Origin: Hydrurus foetidus
Taxonomy: Eukaryota
Assembly (NCBI GenBank): GCA_900617105.1
Contig: UYFQ01000419.1
Span: 1-45,044 of the forward strand
Reading direction: 5' to 3'
Length of the DNA stretch: 45,044 nt
Shown here: piece after piece, positions 1-10,162 of the stretch
Layout: every line of letters starts with the position of its first letter
Position numbering within the stretch: position 1 is the first letter of the stretch
Position numbers and translations under genes: made by a program
Notes under the pieces: model-generated
Told to the model about the DNA's origin: nothing
The model's database searches: none
The model's input: only the letters and a program-made list of their open reading frames with translations

Positions 1-2352
1 AGAGGATTGTCAGCGAAGGAAACAGTCTTACTAAGTGATCACAATAAAATCTTTAAAAAAAAATCAAAAGTTATAGAGGATCTCAAAAAAGAAAATTATG
101 ATTTAAATGCAGAAATTGAAAAGCATTCGAAGGAGGCTAACAAAAGATTTAATAATTTAAGAAAAAAAGTGTCTTACTGGCGGTTGCAATGCAAAAATTT
201 GAAAAATGCAGTTAGTCAATGGCGTAAAGTTGAGCATGTACGGAAAGGTTTTATAGATGTAGGTGAAGATGAATCAGAAATATGGTACAAATTCTATGTT
301 TTCATTGACGAAATTATCAGTAGAGAGCACGCCGGAGATCCTGAAAAAATAAGTTTACATAAAGAATTAGTTCGATCAGAAACCTTTCAGCTCGGTAAAT
401 TTAACAAATCTGGTAATAAGAGAGGCATAAGAACTACCAAGTTATCATCCCGTATTCTTAATTATGCATTGGGATTGGCGCATAATTTAGGAAAAACTAA
501 TTACGAGAAAGAGGCTGCACTGCGTTCCTTACCCTGTTGGTCGACATTGACAAAGTAAGTTGGTAACAATTCAATATTATCAATGTATGTTTATTTTTCA
601 AATTGAACGCGAATTTATCTAATTACGTATTATCATCATTTTTCGCAGGTACAAATCAAATTTCAGTTGCGAGGTTGGAGTCCAATTAAATAATTTGTTA
701 ATGGCTTCTCGTTCAGCGGGAGAAAACAGAAACATGAGTAAAGAACACTCTGCTTTACTAATAGATGAAATGATGATAACTAATGGTATTATGTATTCAG
801 TTACTAGAAGTAAAGTATTTGGATTAGCGGAAATCTCTACACACGGAATACAAAACGAGATTTATCAGGATTTTTATGGCATGAATTCCAATGAAATACA
901 AAATGAAAAAATGACAAGTATGAAATATTTCGATGAAACTTCACAAAAATTAAAAGGTCATATGGCTACAGGATTAACTCAGGTGATGATACTTATAGAA
1001 TGAAACATAAGATTTGATTCAAATTATTATATAACTGTTTTCTTTAAAATAATGTAGGTCAGAATGGTAAGCTTGGCAGGTTGTCAGCTCGACTACTGCG
1101 TCTATCAATGTTTTAATACATCTATGACGTCATTGGATATACACTCCATTTTGCGAGAAGTTTTGATAGCAACAGCAGCAATGCATTTTGATATCATTGC
1201 AATAATAGGCGACGGAGCGCAGTGTAATCGTCAATACCAAAATAGATACTTTAATTCAGGGGGTTGCAACAATTTGCATATGGTTCATCCTATAACATTA
1301 AAACCGATTTATTACATATCAGATCCGTCTCATGTTATAAAAAAAATAGTGTCGAGCCTATCGAGCAGAAATAGAAATATTTTCAAAAAAGTAGAAAATG
1401 AAGATAGGAGAATTTCACTATCTTTAATGTTTGAATTGTGGATGTCTTTCAACGACAACTCTGGGCTCAATAGGTTCAAAAGTTTTAAGACAATAGACTT
1501 CGTTAAAAACTCATTCCAAGCGATGAGGGTAGGGCCGTGCATTAAAGTTCTTGGTCCGCAAATGATAGAAATGATAGATTTGGCATTGCTTTACAAAACA
1601 GAATACGAAAAATTTAAAAATGAAGAAAAAATAATGGTAAAATAAATCCATATGAATTCTACAAAAATTCGGAAATTTATTCAGGATGGAGAGAAGTTTG
1701 TGTATACTTTTCAAATCTTTTCCTTATTCTAAACTCAACAGAAAAAAGATTAAACACAACAAACTATTCCGAAAATTATCATTACTTAATAAAATTCAAT
1801 CAATGGTTTAGTAGTTGGAAGAATGAGTGCATAGAGAGGAGAAGACAAGAATTGCCAGTCAAGCATACAGCATATGAAGCTATGACTGGATTTTTTACAG
1901 CAGAAGCAGCAGATGATTGCCAATCGATGATTCAAGGTATAATTTCTATTACGAAATATTACTGCAACACCAATAACAATAGTGGAGAGTTCTTTTGTTT
2001 TCTTCCTCGACGAATTAGCCAAGATTTAGTTGAGAATGCCTTTGCAAGAATAAGAGTCGCTATTGGACACGCTAGACTTGACCACTCCACAACATTTAAT
2101 GCGTGTACTCAGGTAAACATGCTTAAAGAAGTAAAAGTGAGTGAGCGTGCAACCAAAAAGAGAAATGCTGCTGGTGCTAATAATGGTGTTAAAGAATTAT
2201 CAGTAGCCAATGCTAGTACTGACGATAGCATTAATTATGCCGCAAATTGGCGGAAGAATAACGCATTACGTAAAAATCTCTTATACAATAATTCAAATAA
2301 AATCTTTTGGACTTTGGTAAATGGGATTAAAAAAATAAACATTTCCAAATGA
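1..2352 (+). CDS. P-element/THAP9-type transposase, spliced (introns 555-648, 983-1057), 5'-truncated, apparent 1-nt frameshift at about 1626-1631
   Basis: Both GT-AG introns restore frame (LPCWSTLTK|YKSNF, ATGLTQ|VRMVSL). P-type motifs: LLIDEM (D1), IGDGAQCN (D2), SDPSHVIK (D2H), FSNLFLILNS, RISQDLVENAFARIR (E). The frame changes in the A-run near 1626-1631. Confidence 0.85.
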
Positions 2353-2412
2353 AAATGAAATTCTGATTAAGAATTACAATTAAAGCAATAGCGAAAGCTA
2401 AGTAAATAACTG

Positions 2413-4053
2413 TTATTCAATATCGTCAATCATTAAGTGAGAGGAAAATGATGCGTCAAAAGTGTTTTCTTCATTCTCCATTCTTATTTCATCGGTACGT
2501 AAACTTTCCTCTTTTTCCTCGTCTTCATTTTCACCTATGTCTTCTACCCCCTCTTGTTCAATTAAATTATTTAATATGATTATGTGTGCAGGTATAGTAG
2601 GCTCAATTGCAAATTTATCATTTGTCTTACGGATGTGCACAGAACAGTTTGATGTATGTTTAGTATACCAATTAAGTCGAACAAATTTTTTTCCACACAT
2701 ACAAGTTAATTGAGATAAGTCACTATTGTTTTTACTTGAACTTGATTTTGATACTTTATCATTTTCTTCAAATGGTTCTTCATCGCTACAAGACTTAGAT
2801 GAGAACGATTTTGCACTAAATGAAAGTAAATTTGTTCTTATTCCCGATGCACCAGTCTTGCTGAGTAGAGCGTTCGATAATCTTAGTTGATAAATATCTT
2901 TTGCATGAGTTCGAATAAAACCATTTATGATAAATTTGTATAAAAATGATATCGGTGTTTCATCTGCTGCGAGGTCCATACCTTCCTTCACTTGATCTTG
3001 TAACATAAAACATGATTCGATGAATGCTAATTGAACATTTTTTGATTTTAGTATAACTTCATGAACTCGCTTGACGGGCTCATATGCATTGAATAGAATT
3101 AAAACATCAGTCGATAAAGACTGCATCCAAATAGCTTGGACTAACTTTATGAATACAAAATTGGCTTCTTTAGCATAGTATAATCCTTCAGAATGCTCAC
3201 GAAATAGAATACACTGCGCAGGTAGATTGTAGGATAAAGCTGTGGCTGCATTAGCGTGGCGTGAAAATTCATAATATTTTTGAAATGTTTCCTTGTACTC
3301 ACTTCGTAATGTATTCAAGTGAAATAGATTAAATATACGATGACCACATAAATAACCCGTAATATCATAAATCTTGTGAAGCATAGTTTCTGAGTAAACA
3401 TAAACTTTATCAGAGGACCTTTCAGTAATATAATTATCGATATCCAGCCCCCTATTAAAGTGCTGCCATTTCCAGAAATTTTTGTACACAAAATCCTCCA
3501 AGTAGCTAAAAATCAAGTTGCTGTGTTCACTAACGCTTCGATCCACTTCTTCATTTTGAGGCTCATCGAACAATGATCGAATAATCTGGAAGCAGGAAAA
3601 CTTTCTTCCACAGACTTCCCGTGCTTTGTTGCGGTCACTTTCAAAAATTTTCATCATTATCTTGCCCGACTTCATCCTTTTATCGATGTCGTCTACTGTC
3701 GACTTGACGCACCTACCGTAGGCATCATAGTAACTGACTACTAATTCGTAGAGCAAATTCTTCAAGAAAAGGCAAGATGCATCGTCTGTCAAGAACTGAA
3801 GAAAAAAAGCTGTGTGAACGCTCTCACGCCCAAGGAGAAATATTTCACTCTCGAAGAGATTTTCGATAGTTCTCTCGTAGATACCTCCAGGTTGCAAGAA
3901 TAAGTCGAGGTTGAAAGCCGGCAAAGTCATTGCAATAGAATGGAGAATGCTTGGTTGTGTCGTGTTCGCAACACCGTTCGCTGAAGTAAAAGTTGAACTG
4001 AGATGAGTGAACATCCAAGTTGGATCACCGCTCACCGCTTTTGGGTTTTTCAT
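2413..4053 (-). CDS. 546-aa transposon-associated protein of unknown function with C-terminal C2HC-like Zn finger and acidic tail
   Basis: Long intact ORF convergent with the transposase (stops 60 bp apart) and similarly AT-rich. Motifs IYDITGYL, REHSEGLYY, CMCGKKFVRLNWYTKHTSNC. Confidence 0.7.
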   Translation of the reverse strand: MKNPKAVSGDPTWMFTHLSSTFTSANGVANTTQPSILHSIAMTLPAFNLDLFLQPGGIYERTIENLFESEIFLLGRESVHTAFFLQFLTDDASCLFLKNLLYELVVSYYDAYGRCVKSTVDDIDKRMKSGKIMMKIFESDRNKAREVCGRKFSCFQIIRSLFDEPQNEEVDRSVSEHSNLIFSYLEDFVYKNFWKWQHFNRGLDIDNYITERSSDKVYVYSETMLHKIYDITGYLCGHRIFNLFHLNTLRSEYKETFQKYYEFSRHANAATALSYNLPAQCILFREHSEGLYYAKEANFVFIKLVQAIWMQSLSTDVLILFNAYEPVKRVHEVILKSKNVQLAFIESCFMLQDQVKEGMDLAADETPISFLYKFIINGFIRTHAKDIYQLRLSNALLSKTGASGIRTNLLSFSAKSFSSKSCSDEEPFEENDKVSKSSSSKNNSDLSQLTCMCGKKFVRLNWYTKHTSNCSVHIRKTNDKFAIEPTIPAHIIILNNLIEQEGVEDIGENEDEEKEESLRTDEIRMENEENTFDASFSSHLMIDDIE

Positions 4054-4143
4054 TTTTTGGAAAAATAGGCGGGGCTGAGGTGAGGATTCCGCTTGGTGGA
4101 AGAGTGCCCCCTCTCTCTTTTATACCCCCTTGATAGAACCGTA

Positions 4144-4509
4144 TGTCGTACACTAAGGATCAGTTTCCACTGAATGGACAACTATATCCTTCCTGGGTAC
4201 GCGCTCCTTCTGCAGGTTCAACACGTGCGCTAGCAACTTTCCCGGGCTCAAGGCGAAAGCTCTGCTGGTGTGAGTATTAAGGTAATTAACGATGCAACAT
4301 CGCTTACATCGTTCATGGAGACAGGCGAAAAGATCGCGCTGTCCCGCACAGTCAAACATGGTGCACTTTCATCTTTTTGATGTTCCTGGGTTAAAGGAAC
4401 CTGGACCGGTGGAGTAGCGACCACCACACGGCACACGACGTACGAAACGTCATCAAATGTACATACGTAATAACTTATACGGTTACTTAGCTCATTAGTT
4501 ATTCCGACA
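4144..4509 (-). repeat. 3' LTR of Copia A (366 bp, TGTCG...CGACA)
   Basis: Direct repeat of 10163-10525; differs by a 1-bp indel, a 2-bp indel and the terminal base. Confidence 0.95.
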
Positions 4510-4895
4510 CACCCCTATGGCGTGAGTCGTCGGGTTGGTGTACGCGAATGAAAACGCAATAGAATTCAAAAATGCTCCGTTTACTTGAAGCTTCACAAAT
4601 GGTGTATCATAACATGATTTTATATTGTAGGGAAGTAGGGTAATGGTGGGGTTGACCTTAATTGTGACGTTAGATAATTTATTGCATGCAGGGTAATATT
4701 AGTATCATAAGGTCTGACTGATCCGAATGAGCATAGAGTTAAACAATTCTAAAAAGACTTTATGTAACACGCAAAAGATTACACTTAAAATAATTTTCTG
4801 ACTGATTATACTATCTGATTCCGGAATCGGGTCTTGGGTCTGGGTCCACGGTCCTCGCTCTTTATGTCTCTGTCAGGGTTTTCTTGAGTCGCACT

Positions 4896-5058
4896 TGATG
4901 GGGTAGAAGAAAAATGATGGAGGGGGGCAGCAGGAATGATGGAGTCTTGGTGTCTTGAGTGGTCAGTCTTCGTCATGACGCGCGCTGATGGGGTAGTAGA
5001 GTCGGATGTGGGGGCAGTAGGAATGATGGAGTCTTGGGGTCTTGAGTGTTCAGTCTTC
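4896..5058. repeat. Imperfect tandem duplication (period about 87-90 bp) in the Copia A 3' UTR
   Basis: TGATGGGGTAG...GGGGGCAG(C/T)AGGAATGATGGAGTCTTGG(T/G)GTCTTGAGTG(G/T)TCAGTCTTC occurs at 4896-4971 and 4986-5058. Confidence 0.8.
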
Positions 5059-5137
5059 AGCTGAAGCGGACAGCGGTGTTGTAGAAGGGTAAGATGGAGG
5101 GGGGTAGCATGTCGGATGGATTCTTCGTCGGTAGGTA

Positions 5138-8100
5138 TTAGTTCTTCTTGGACGTAGGGTATGGAAATCTCGGGTTGAATTTGGTGCGTACGGGTGTCGG
5201 CGCGGAGTCCGTACGGTCCTCAGTCTTGCATCCTTCTGCGTACGTGAGGGTAGGTGGTGAAGTGTTGAGCAGCTCCTTCCTGAGCTTCTTGAACAATTCA
5301 CCCTGCAGTGGCTTGGTTAGAATGTCTGCAATCATGTCAGTAGTAGGTAGGTACACAATGTCTACATCGCCTGTACTGATTCTGTCGTGCAGGAAGAAAT
5401 ACCGTATATCAACGTGCCGCGTACGTTCGCTGTTCGAGCGACCGTTACGTATGAGCTGTATCGTAGACTGATTGTCTTGATACACTAAGGCGGGAGGTTG
5501 AGGGTGTCCCTGGCACTCCAGGAAGTTCCTGGTCCACAGAACTTGGTTGGCGGCGTCGCTGAGTGCGACTAGCTCGGCCTCCGTGCTGGACTTTGTCATC
5601 AGGCGCTGAGTACCGCTCTTGGCGTAGATCGCTCCCTTCCCAAGGGTGATTACGCTGCCTGTGTGACTTTTCATATCGGGATGTATGGCAAAGGATGCAT
5701 CGATATATGCAATAACATGAATAGGTTCATATACTTCAAATGTTATACCCGTATGCTGACTACCCCGTATGTACTGTATCGTACGGGTCAGCTTGTCGTA
5801 GTCGTCCCTTTGGGGCCTCAGCACTCTCTTTGTCAGGAACGCTACGGCAGTCAGGATGTCTGGCCTCGTCCTCTTACTCAGGTAGAGTAGCTTCGCTGTA
5901 ATAGAGTGAAAACGCTCACGCAGATTATCAGGTAAGGGTGAGTCGGATTCATCAGGTATAGTGAATAGATTGGCTCGTGCGGGTGTGTTTGCCGTGCCCG
6001 GCATATCCTTACACCCCTCAATGAGGTCTTGCACGAAGCCCTCCATAGTCATCTTAACGCAGCCTTCCTTGCTGAAGTTGAAAGTCATGCCTATGTAATT
6101 TAAAACTTTTCCTCTGTGTTTGGTTAGACCGGGATATATAGTTTCAATTTGTTTTATAACATCATCAACGAGAGATTCACTTGAAGCAGTAATTATCATA
6201 TCATCAACATGAATTACGAGTGATGTTTGTGTGTTATCCGATTCAGTTCGGTTGAATACGCATATGTCATATTCATTAGCAGTATAATTGAATTTGATCA
6301 AATCACTGGATAGTTTATCATACCATAGTTTAGCAGATTCAACGCATCCATATAAAGCTTTCTTAAGTTTAACAATACATGTTCCATTGTTATTCATGTA
6401 TTTGTTATATGTTGCATCAATCTTAATTAGTGCAGCAGTCAGTTGTTTATTCAAACGCATGTATACAACGTGGTCGCCGGTCAGCGGCATATCACTATTC
6501 AGGAATGCACCGGGAAAGTCAACAGTGGCGACAGCACGCTTCTGTCTAGCAGCAATTGCAGTCAGTATGAATACACTAGATGTGCTAGCAGTAGGTGAGG
6601 CGCCATTGTTATAAACATCTCTATCTTGTAAGTGCCCACCGGCTACTAGTCTAGATTTCAGTTTTTCAAACATACCATCAGCAGTATACTTTTCTTTCAA
6701 GAACATGCTACTAGGTATAATGGTGCGTTTTTGTTGTGGGGTGAGGGATTCATAAGTTACACCTTCCCAAACATTCTTATCACACATTTGTTTCAATTCA
6801 GATGTAATGGAATCAACAGCTATCACCCCTAACTTATTAATTCCCTCATTAACAGTCATTTTGTACAGGTGAGTGTGGTTGTAGAACAGATTACCAACAT
6901 ATTTCTTATCCCATTTACCAAGTTGGTGATTTCTACCACTTCTACGTAACACGGGTGAGTTTACAACGGGTGGGTCATATGCGGTTTCAATTATGGTGGC
7001 AGGTGGTGTGAATACTTCAGTGTGTACAGTTACATCAGCAAAGTCATCTTCATCATCACTTATGCCAAATATGTCATCTATCAGTGCTTGATCATATTTA
7101 GGTTGGGGTACATGTGTGTCATCATGTGTGTCATCATAATATAGTTCGTCATTGTCGTATGTAGTGTCACTCACATATAGTGTGTCATCTACATACTCAT
7201 CTAATGTGGGTGGGTGATTTTCATCAGACATATCGAGTTGTGATTCAAGATGTGTTTCGTTATCATTGTGATCGTTATCTTCAATAATCTCATCGGTGTA
7301 ATCTGCGTTAGCATTTTCATCGACAGTTTCATATTCAACATCACCAATGTAAGCACTATCATCTTCAACATCGTCATCATCATCGAATACAGTGTGACTA
7401 CTATTCTCAAATACAGGCTGTTTAACATTGGCAGTTTTTCTCTTTGAAGCTAGTACATTCAAGTGTAATATCACTTCATCAGGCATAGGTAGTACAGTCG
7501 CTTTAGTACGTTTAACAATACGTTCGTTAGCTAACAGCATGTAGTACCATGAACCTTCTAGATTACCGGAGCTCATAAGTGCTATGGCCCCGGCTGTTCT
7601 TGGTTTGGTAGAGTTATCAATGACATCATTATGCACTTGGACATAATCACCAAAACCATGTTTAATCTCCTTATCTACGTCTAACTTTCTTCCGGTTAAT
7701 TTCTCTCGTGGACTGATGTGATTAAGTGAGTTACGTGTGGGTGCTAATACAATTCTACTGACTGCATACTTAACTAACCACACTTCTAATTTTTCATTCA
7801 ATGAGAACGGCAGAGAATTGACTACTGATCTTACTCTCTCCTTTATGTGTCGTATCTTGCGCTCGACTACGGCTACGGCTTCTCCGGCTCCGGTAACGTC
7901 TAGTACTATACCTCTTAAGCCGACTTTGTTGTGAAACCATTCTGTATTGATTGCACCTTCGCCGTCTACTCGGATCATCTTAACTCTGAATCTGTACTTT
8001 ACCATGCTTGCTAATGAAGTCTTTAGGCTGTTCCATATGCTCTTATGCTCTCGGTTAGCTAACTTGCTAACGTATAGGAACTCGATGGGCTGCACTACTG

Positions 8101-9013
8101 ATACTAGATATGGTACTTGGTTGACAAACATTATATCTACATACATAATCTGTTCTGTCTTGTACTCAATACCTATCAGTGGTAGCTTCTCTTCTAACTT
8201 GGCCTGGTGACTAGTGGTCTTCCCCTTAAGGGATCCCACGTCCGGTCCCCATATATCAATGGCTCTATGTACGTCTCGCGCAGTCACTTTGCTGTTAGTC
8301 AAATTCCCTTGGGATATCAACTTAATAGTCTGTGCTGCGCTAGCGTATCCTAGTCTACGCTGATAGTCTCTAGCTAACGACGCGTCTCTAACTTCTCTCA
8401 CTGTATACTTCTTCTTCTTCTGCTCTACTGTCGTAACTAACATTGGCATGCATTCTGTTACCATAGTGTCAAGATTACATTGGTATATATTCATAGCCTC
8501 ATCTCGTGAGAATCTATAAAAATATTTTCCGCTGACGTCTTGCACTATGTAACAATCATAGTCATGTAAGTACTTAACATCAGTACAGTCACGTACAGCA
8601 TTGCCAAAAGACAATATGTTACCAGCACAGTCAGGGCTATAGTACACGTTGCCGAACGCCGACACCCCACGTTTCTTGATTATCAGCGGTTTTCCTTTCG
8701 GATTCACCCCGCTAACAATCATAGGTGTGGGTGCGTGTTCGACATTATACAGCAGGGATGAGTCGTTGAAAACCGACTCACCAGCACATGTGTCAAGCAG
8801 TATGTGTCTACTTCTAATCATGTTATATATATTGCATGTATTGGCACTAAAAACAATATGATCACATGTTTCAATTCCGCTAGTGGAATCAGCCAAACAT
8901 GGAGGATCGGTGAGTGTATGTATAGGTGTGTGTGTGGATGTAAGTGCAGGTGTGTGTACGGGTGTAGGTGTGGGTGAGTGTACAGGTGAGGAATAATGTA
9001 TCTTACTTAGTTT
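5138..9013 (-). CDS. pol: Copia A pol (protease-integrase-RT-RNase H), -1 frame relative to gag
   Basis: PR LLDTCA; IN core YVDIMF/VDGE/VVERKIR; RT LKKALYG, VIHVDD; RNase H YIDASF, STEAEL, YQDNQS, ADILTK. The frame is open from the gag stop region (9013) through the track's TTG at 8896. Confidence 0.93.
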   Translation of the reverse strand, partial: KLSKIHYSSPVHSPTPTPVHTPALTSTHTPIHTLTDPPCLADSTSGIETCDHIVFSANTCNIYNMIRSRHILLDTCAGESVFNDSSLLYNVEHAPTPMIVSGVNPKGKPLIIKKRGVSAFGNVYYSPDCAGNILSFGNAVRDCTDVKYLHDYDCYIVQDVSGKYFYRFSRDEAMNIYQCNLDTMVTECMPMLVTTVEQKKKKYTVREVRDASLARDYQRRLGYASAAQTIKLISQGNLTNSKVTARDVHRAIDIWGPDVGSLKGKTTSHQAKLEEKLPLIGIEYKTEQIMYVDIMFVNQVPYLVSVVQPIEFLYVSKLANREHKSIWNSLKTSLASMVKYRFRVKMIRVDGEGAINTEWFHNKVGLRGIVLDVTGAGEAVAVVERKIRHIKERVRSVVNSLPFSLNEKLEVWLVKYAVSRIVLAPTRNSLNHISPREKLTGRKLDVDKEIKHGFGDYVQVHNDVIDNSTKPRTAGAIALMSSGNLEGSWYYMLLANERIVKRTKATVLPMPDEVILHLNVLASKRKTANVKQPVFENSSHTVFDDDDDVEDDSAYIGDVEYETVDENANADYTDEIIEDNDHNDNETHLESQLDMSDENHPPTLDEYVDDTLYVSDTTYDNDELYYDDTHDDTHVPQPKYDQALIDDIFGISDDEDDFADVTVHTEVFTPPATIIETAYDPPVVNSPVLRRSGRNHQLGKWDKKYVGNLFYNHTHLYKMTVNEGINKLGVIAVDSITSELKQMCDKNVWEGVTYESLTPQQKRTIIPSSMFLKEKYTADGMFEKLKSRLVAGGHLQDRDVYNNGASPTASTSSVFILTAIAARQKRAVATVDFPGAFLNSDMPLTGDHVVYMRLNKQLTAALIKIDATYNKYMNNNGTCIVKLKKALYGCVESAKLWYDKLSSDLIKFNYTANEYDICVFNRTESDNTQTSLVIHVDDMIITASSESLVDDVIKQIETIYPGLTKHRGKVLNYIGMTFNFSKEGCVKMTMEGFVQDLIEGCKDMPGTANTPARANLFTIPDESDSPLPDNLRERFHSITAKLLYLSKRTRPDILTAVAFLTKRVLRPQRDDYDKLTRTIQYIRGSQHTGITFEVYEPIHVIAYIDASFAIHPDMKSHTGSVITLGKGAIYAKSGTQRLMTKSSTEAELVALSDAANQVLWTRNFLECQGHPQPPALVYQDNQSTIQLIRNGRSNSERTRHVDIRYFFLHDRISTGDVDIVYLPTTDMIADILTKPLQGELFKKLRKELLNTSPPTLTYAEGCKTEDRTDSAPTPVRTKFNPRFPYPTSKKN

Positions 9014-10125
9014 ACCGACTTTCCACTGGGTGCTGATGCACCCGCTTGGCTATCCTTGGCCGTACACTCATAGGAGTAGTGTCCGGCTTCACCGCACTTA
9101 TTCCAATTTCCGGGACGGGTGCCGTACGACGTACGCCCACCCTTCCCTCTGTCGCCGTTCCCAGAGCTCTTCCCTTTACCAGTGTCAATGCCAGCCGTTT
9201 TCTCACCCCCAGCAGTTTTTGTCGCAAATACGTTGGTCTGGTTGGGTGGGGAAGTGCCAGCCGGTTTCTTTGGCTTGACCTTCGCCATCTCGAGGTACGC
9301 GTCCTCTAACGTGTCCGGCCAGTCCTTGAGCCTGTGCTCGTAGTACTCTACGTAATGGCGGTACCCGGCGTTCAGTCCATTCATGAACTTCATTCCCGTG
9401 AGTATCTCGTTGTGTGCGGTCATGGCCTCGTTATAGTCGGGCATGACCCCTAACGCCCGCATTGTATCTTCGTATCCTGCCTTAAGGGCTTTGAATCGTT
9501 GATAATAATATTTTAGGACGTCGTTCGGTTCCATCTTAACCGTTTCGTACGCCATTCTCACTCTCAGTAGGTTCTGGTCGGCCCCTAGTCTTGGGTCGCT
9601 CAGGTGAGTCAGGATTATAGCTCTCAGCAATAGAAGCGGGTCCTCTGCAGTCATAGCTGCAAGGCCCGTTTCAGCTTCTCGAATCGTCGCTTTCGACGCT
9701 TCGCTAATCTGACCTAGCATGAGTCCGAAGACTTGCTTTCGGTCTTCTCTCAAGGTCAGGACGTTTTTATCATACAGCTCCAGTGCACGCTTCCATTTGG
9801 TCGCTACCATGAAGTTTGCATCGGCTGCTATATCCGCTGGAGCGACATATTGCGGGTAATCACCCGGTATGCCCTCGTTGCCGAATATCTCAGAGATATC
9901 GGACTTATAGTTCGCGCGAGTATACTCGCGGAACTTCCTCATCCATGCGCTTACGCTGCCATGGTTCATCTCTCTTCCGAGATCCAGGAATGCGCCGATC
10001 GCGGCTACCGTTCCTGTTCTTGGTGGAGGCTTCGCACCGCGGCCAGCATTCCCTCTGCCACCGTTGGCAGGGTTTGCTCGACCGCCTGCGGTATTGTGTT
10101 CTCGGCCTCGGCCTCTGCCTTTCAT
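9007..10125 (-). CDS. gag: Copia A gag
   Basis: 372-aa ORF starting 37 nt after the 5' LTR. RG-rich N-terminus, LGQISEAS/DPLLLL capsid-like region, zinc knuckle WNKCGEAGHYSYEC (first Cys is Trp). Confidence 0.88.
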   Translation of the reverse strand: MKGRGRGREHNTAGGRANPANGGRGNAGRGAKPPPRTGTVAAIGAFLDLGREMNHGSVSAWMRKFREYTRANYKSDISEIFGNEGIPGDYPQYVAPADIAADANFMVATKWKRALELYDKNVLTLREDRKQVFGLMLGQISEASKATIREAETGLAAMTAEDPLLLLRAIILTHLSDPRLGADQNLLRVRMAYETVKMEPNDVLKYYYQRFKALKAGYEDTMRALGVMPDYNEAMTAHNEILTGMKFMNGLNAGYRHYVEYYEHRLKDWPDTLEDAYLEMAKVKPKKPAGTSPPNQTNVFATKTAGGEKTAGIDTGKGKSSGNGDRGKGGRTSYGTRPGNWNKCGEAGHYSYECTAKDSQAGASAPSGKSVN

Positions 10126-10162
10126 GTTGCAACTGGTTGCAACGAAAGCAACTCGTTAATTA

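Larger units (their letters stand above)
1..4132 (+). mobile_element. P-superfamily DNA transposon, right portion (left end outside window), two convergent ORFs
   Basis: AT-rich block holding a P-type DDE transposase (+) and a convergent ORF (-). Candidate right terminus ...GTGCCCCCTCTCTCTTTTATACCCCCTTG ends at 4132 (reads CAAGGGGGTATAAAAG... inward, a CA-start as in P TIRs). The partner TIR is not visible. Confidence 0.7.

Noticed and set aside
1637..1684. 48-nt GT...AG intron as explanation of the transposase frame break
   Set aside because: Removing it keeps the same frame, which then hits a stop; it does not join the downstream conserved frame.
4153..4436. Short ORFs in the Copia A LTRs (also 10171-10472) and Copia B LTRs
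   Set aside because: They recur only because the LTRs are duplicated; no protein motifs.
5050..5301. Possible env-like third ORF after Copia A pol
   Set aside because: Short, overlaps pol, no TM or signal features; downstream frames stop early.
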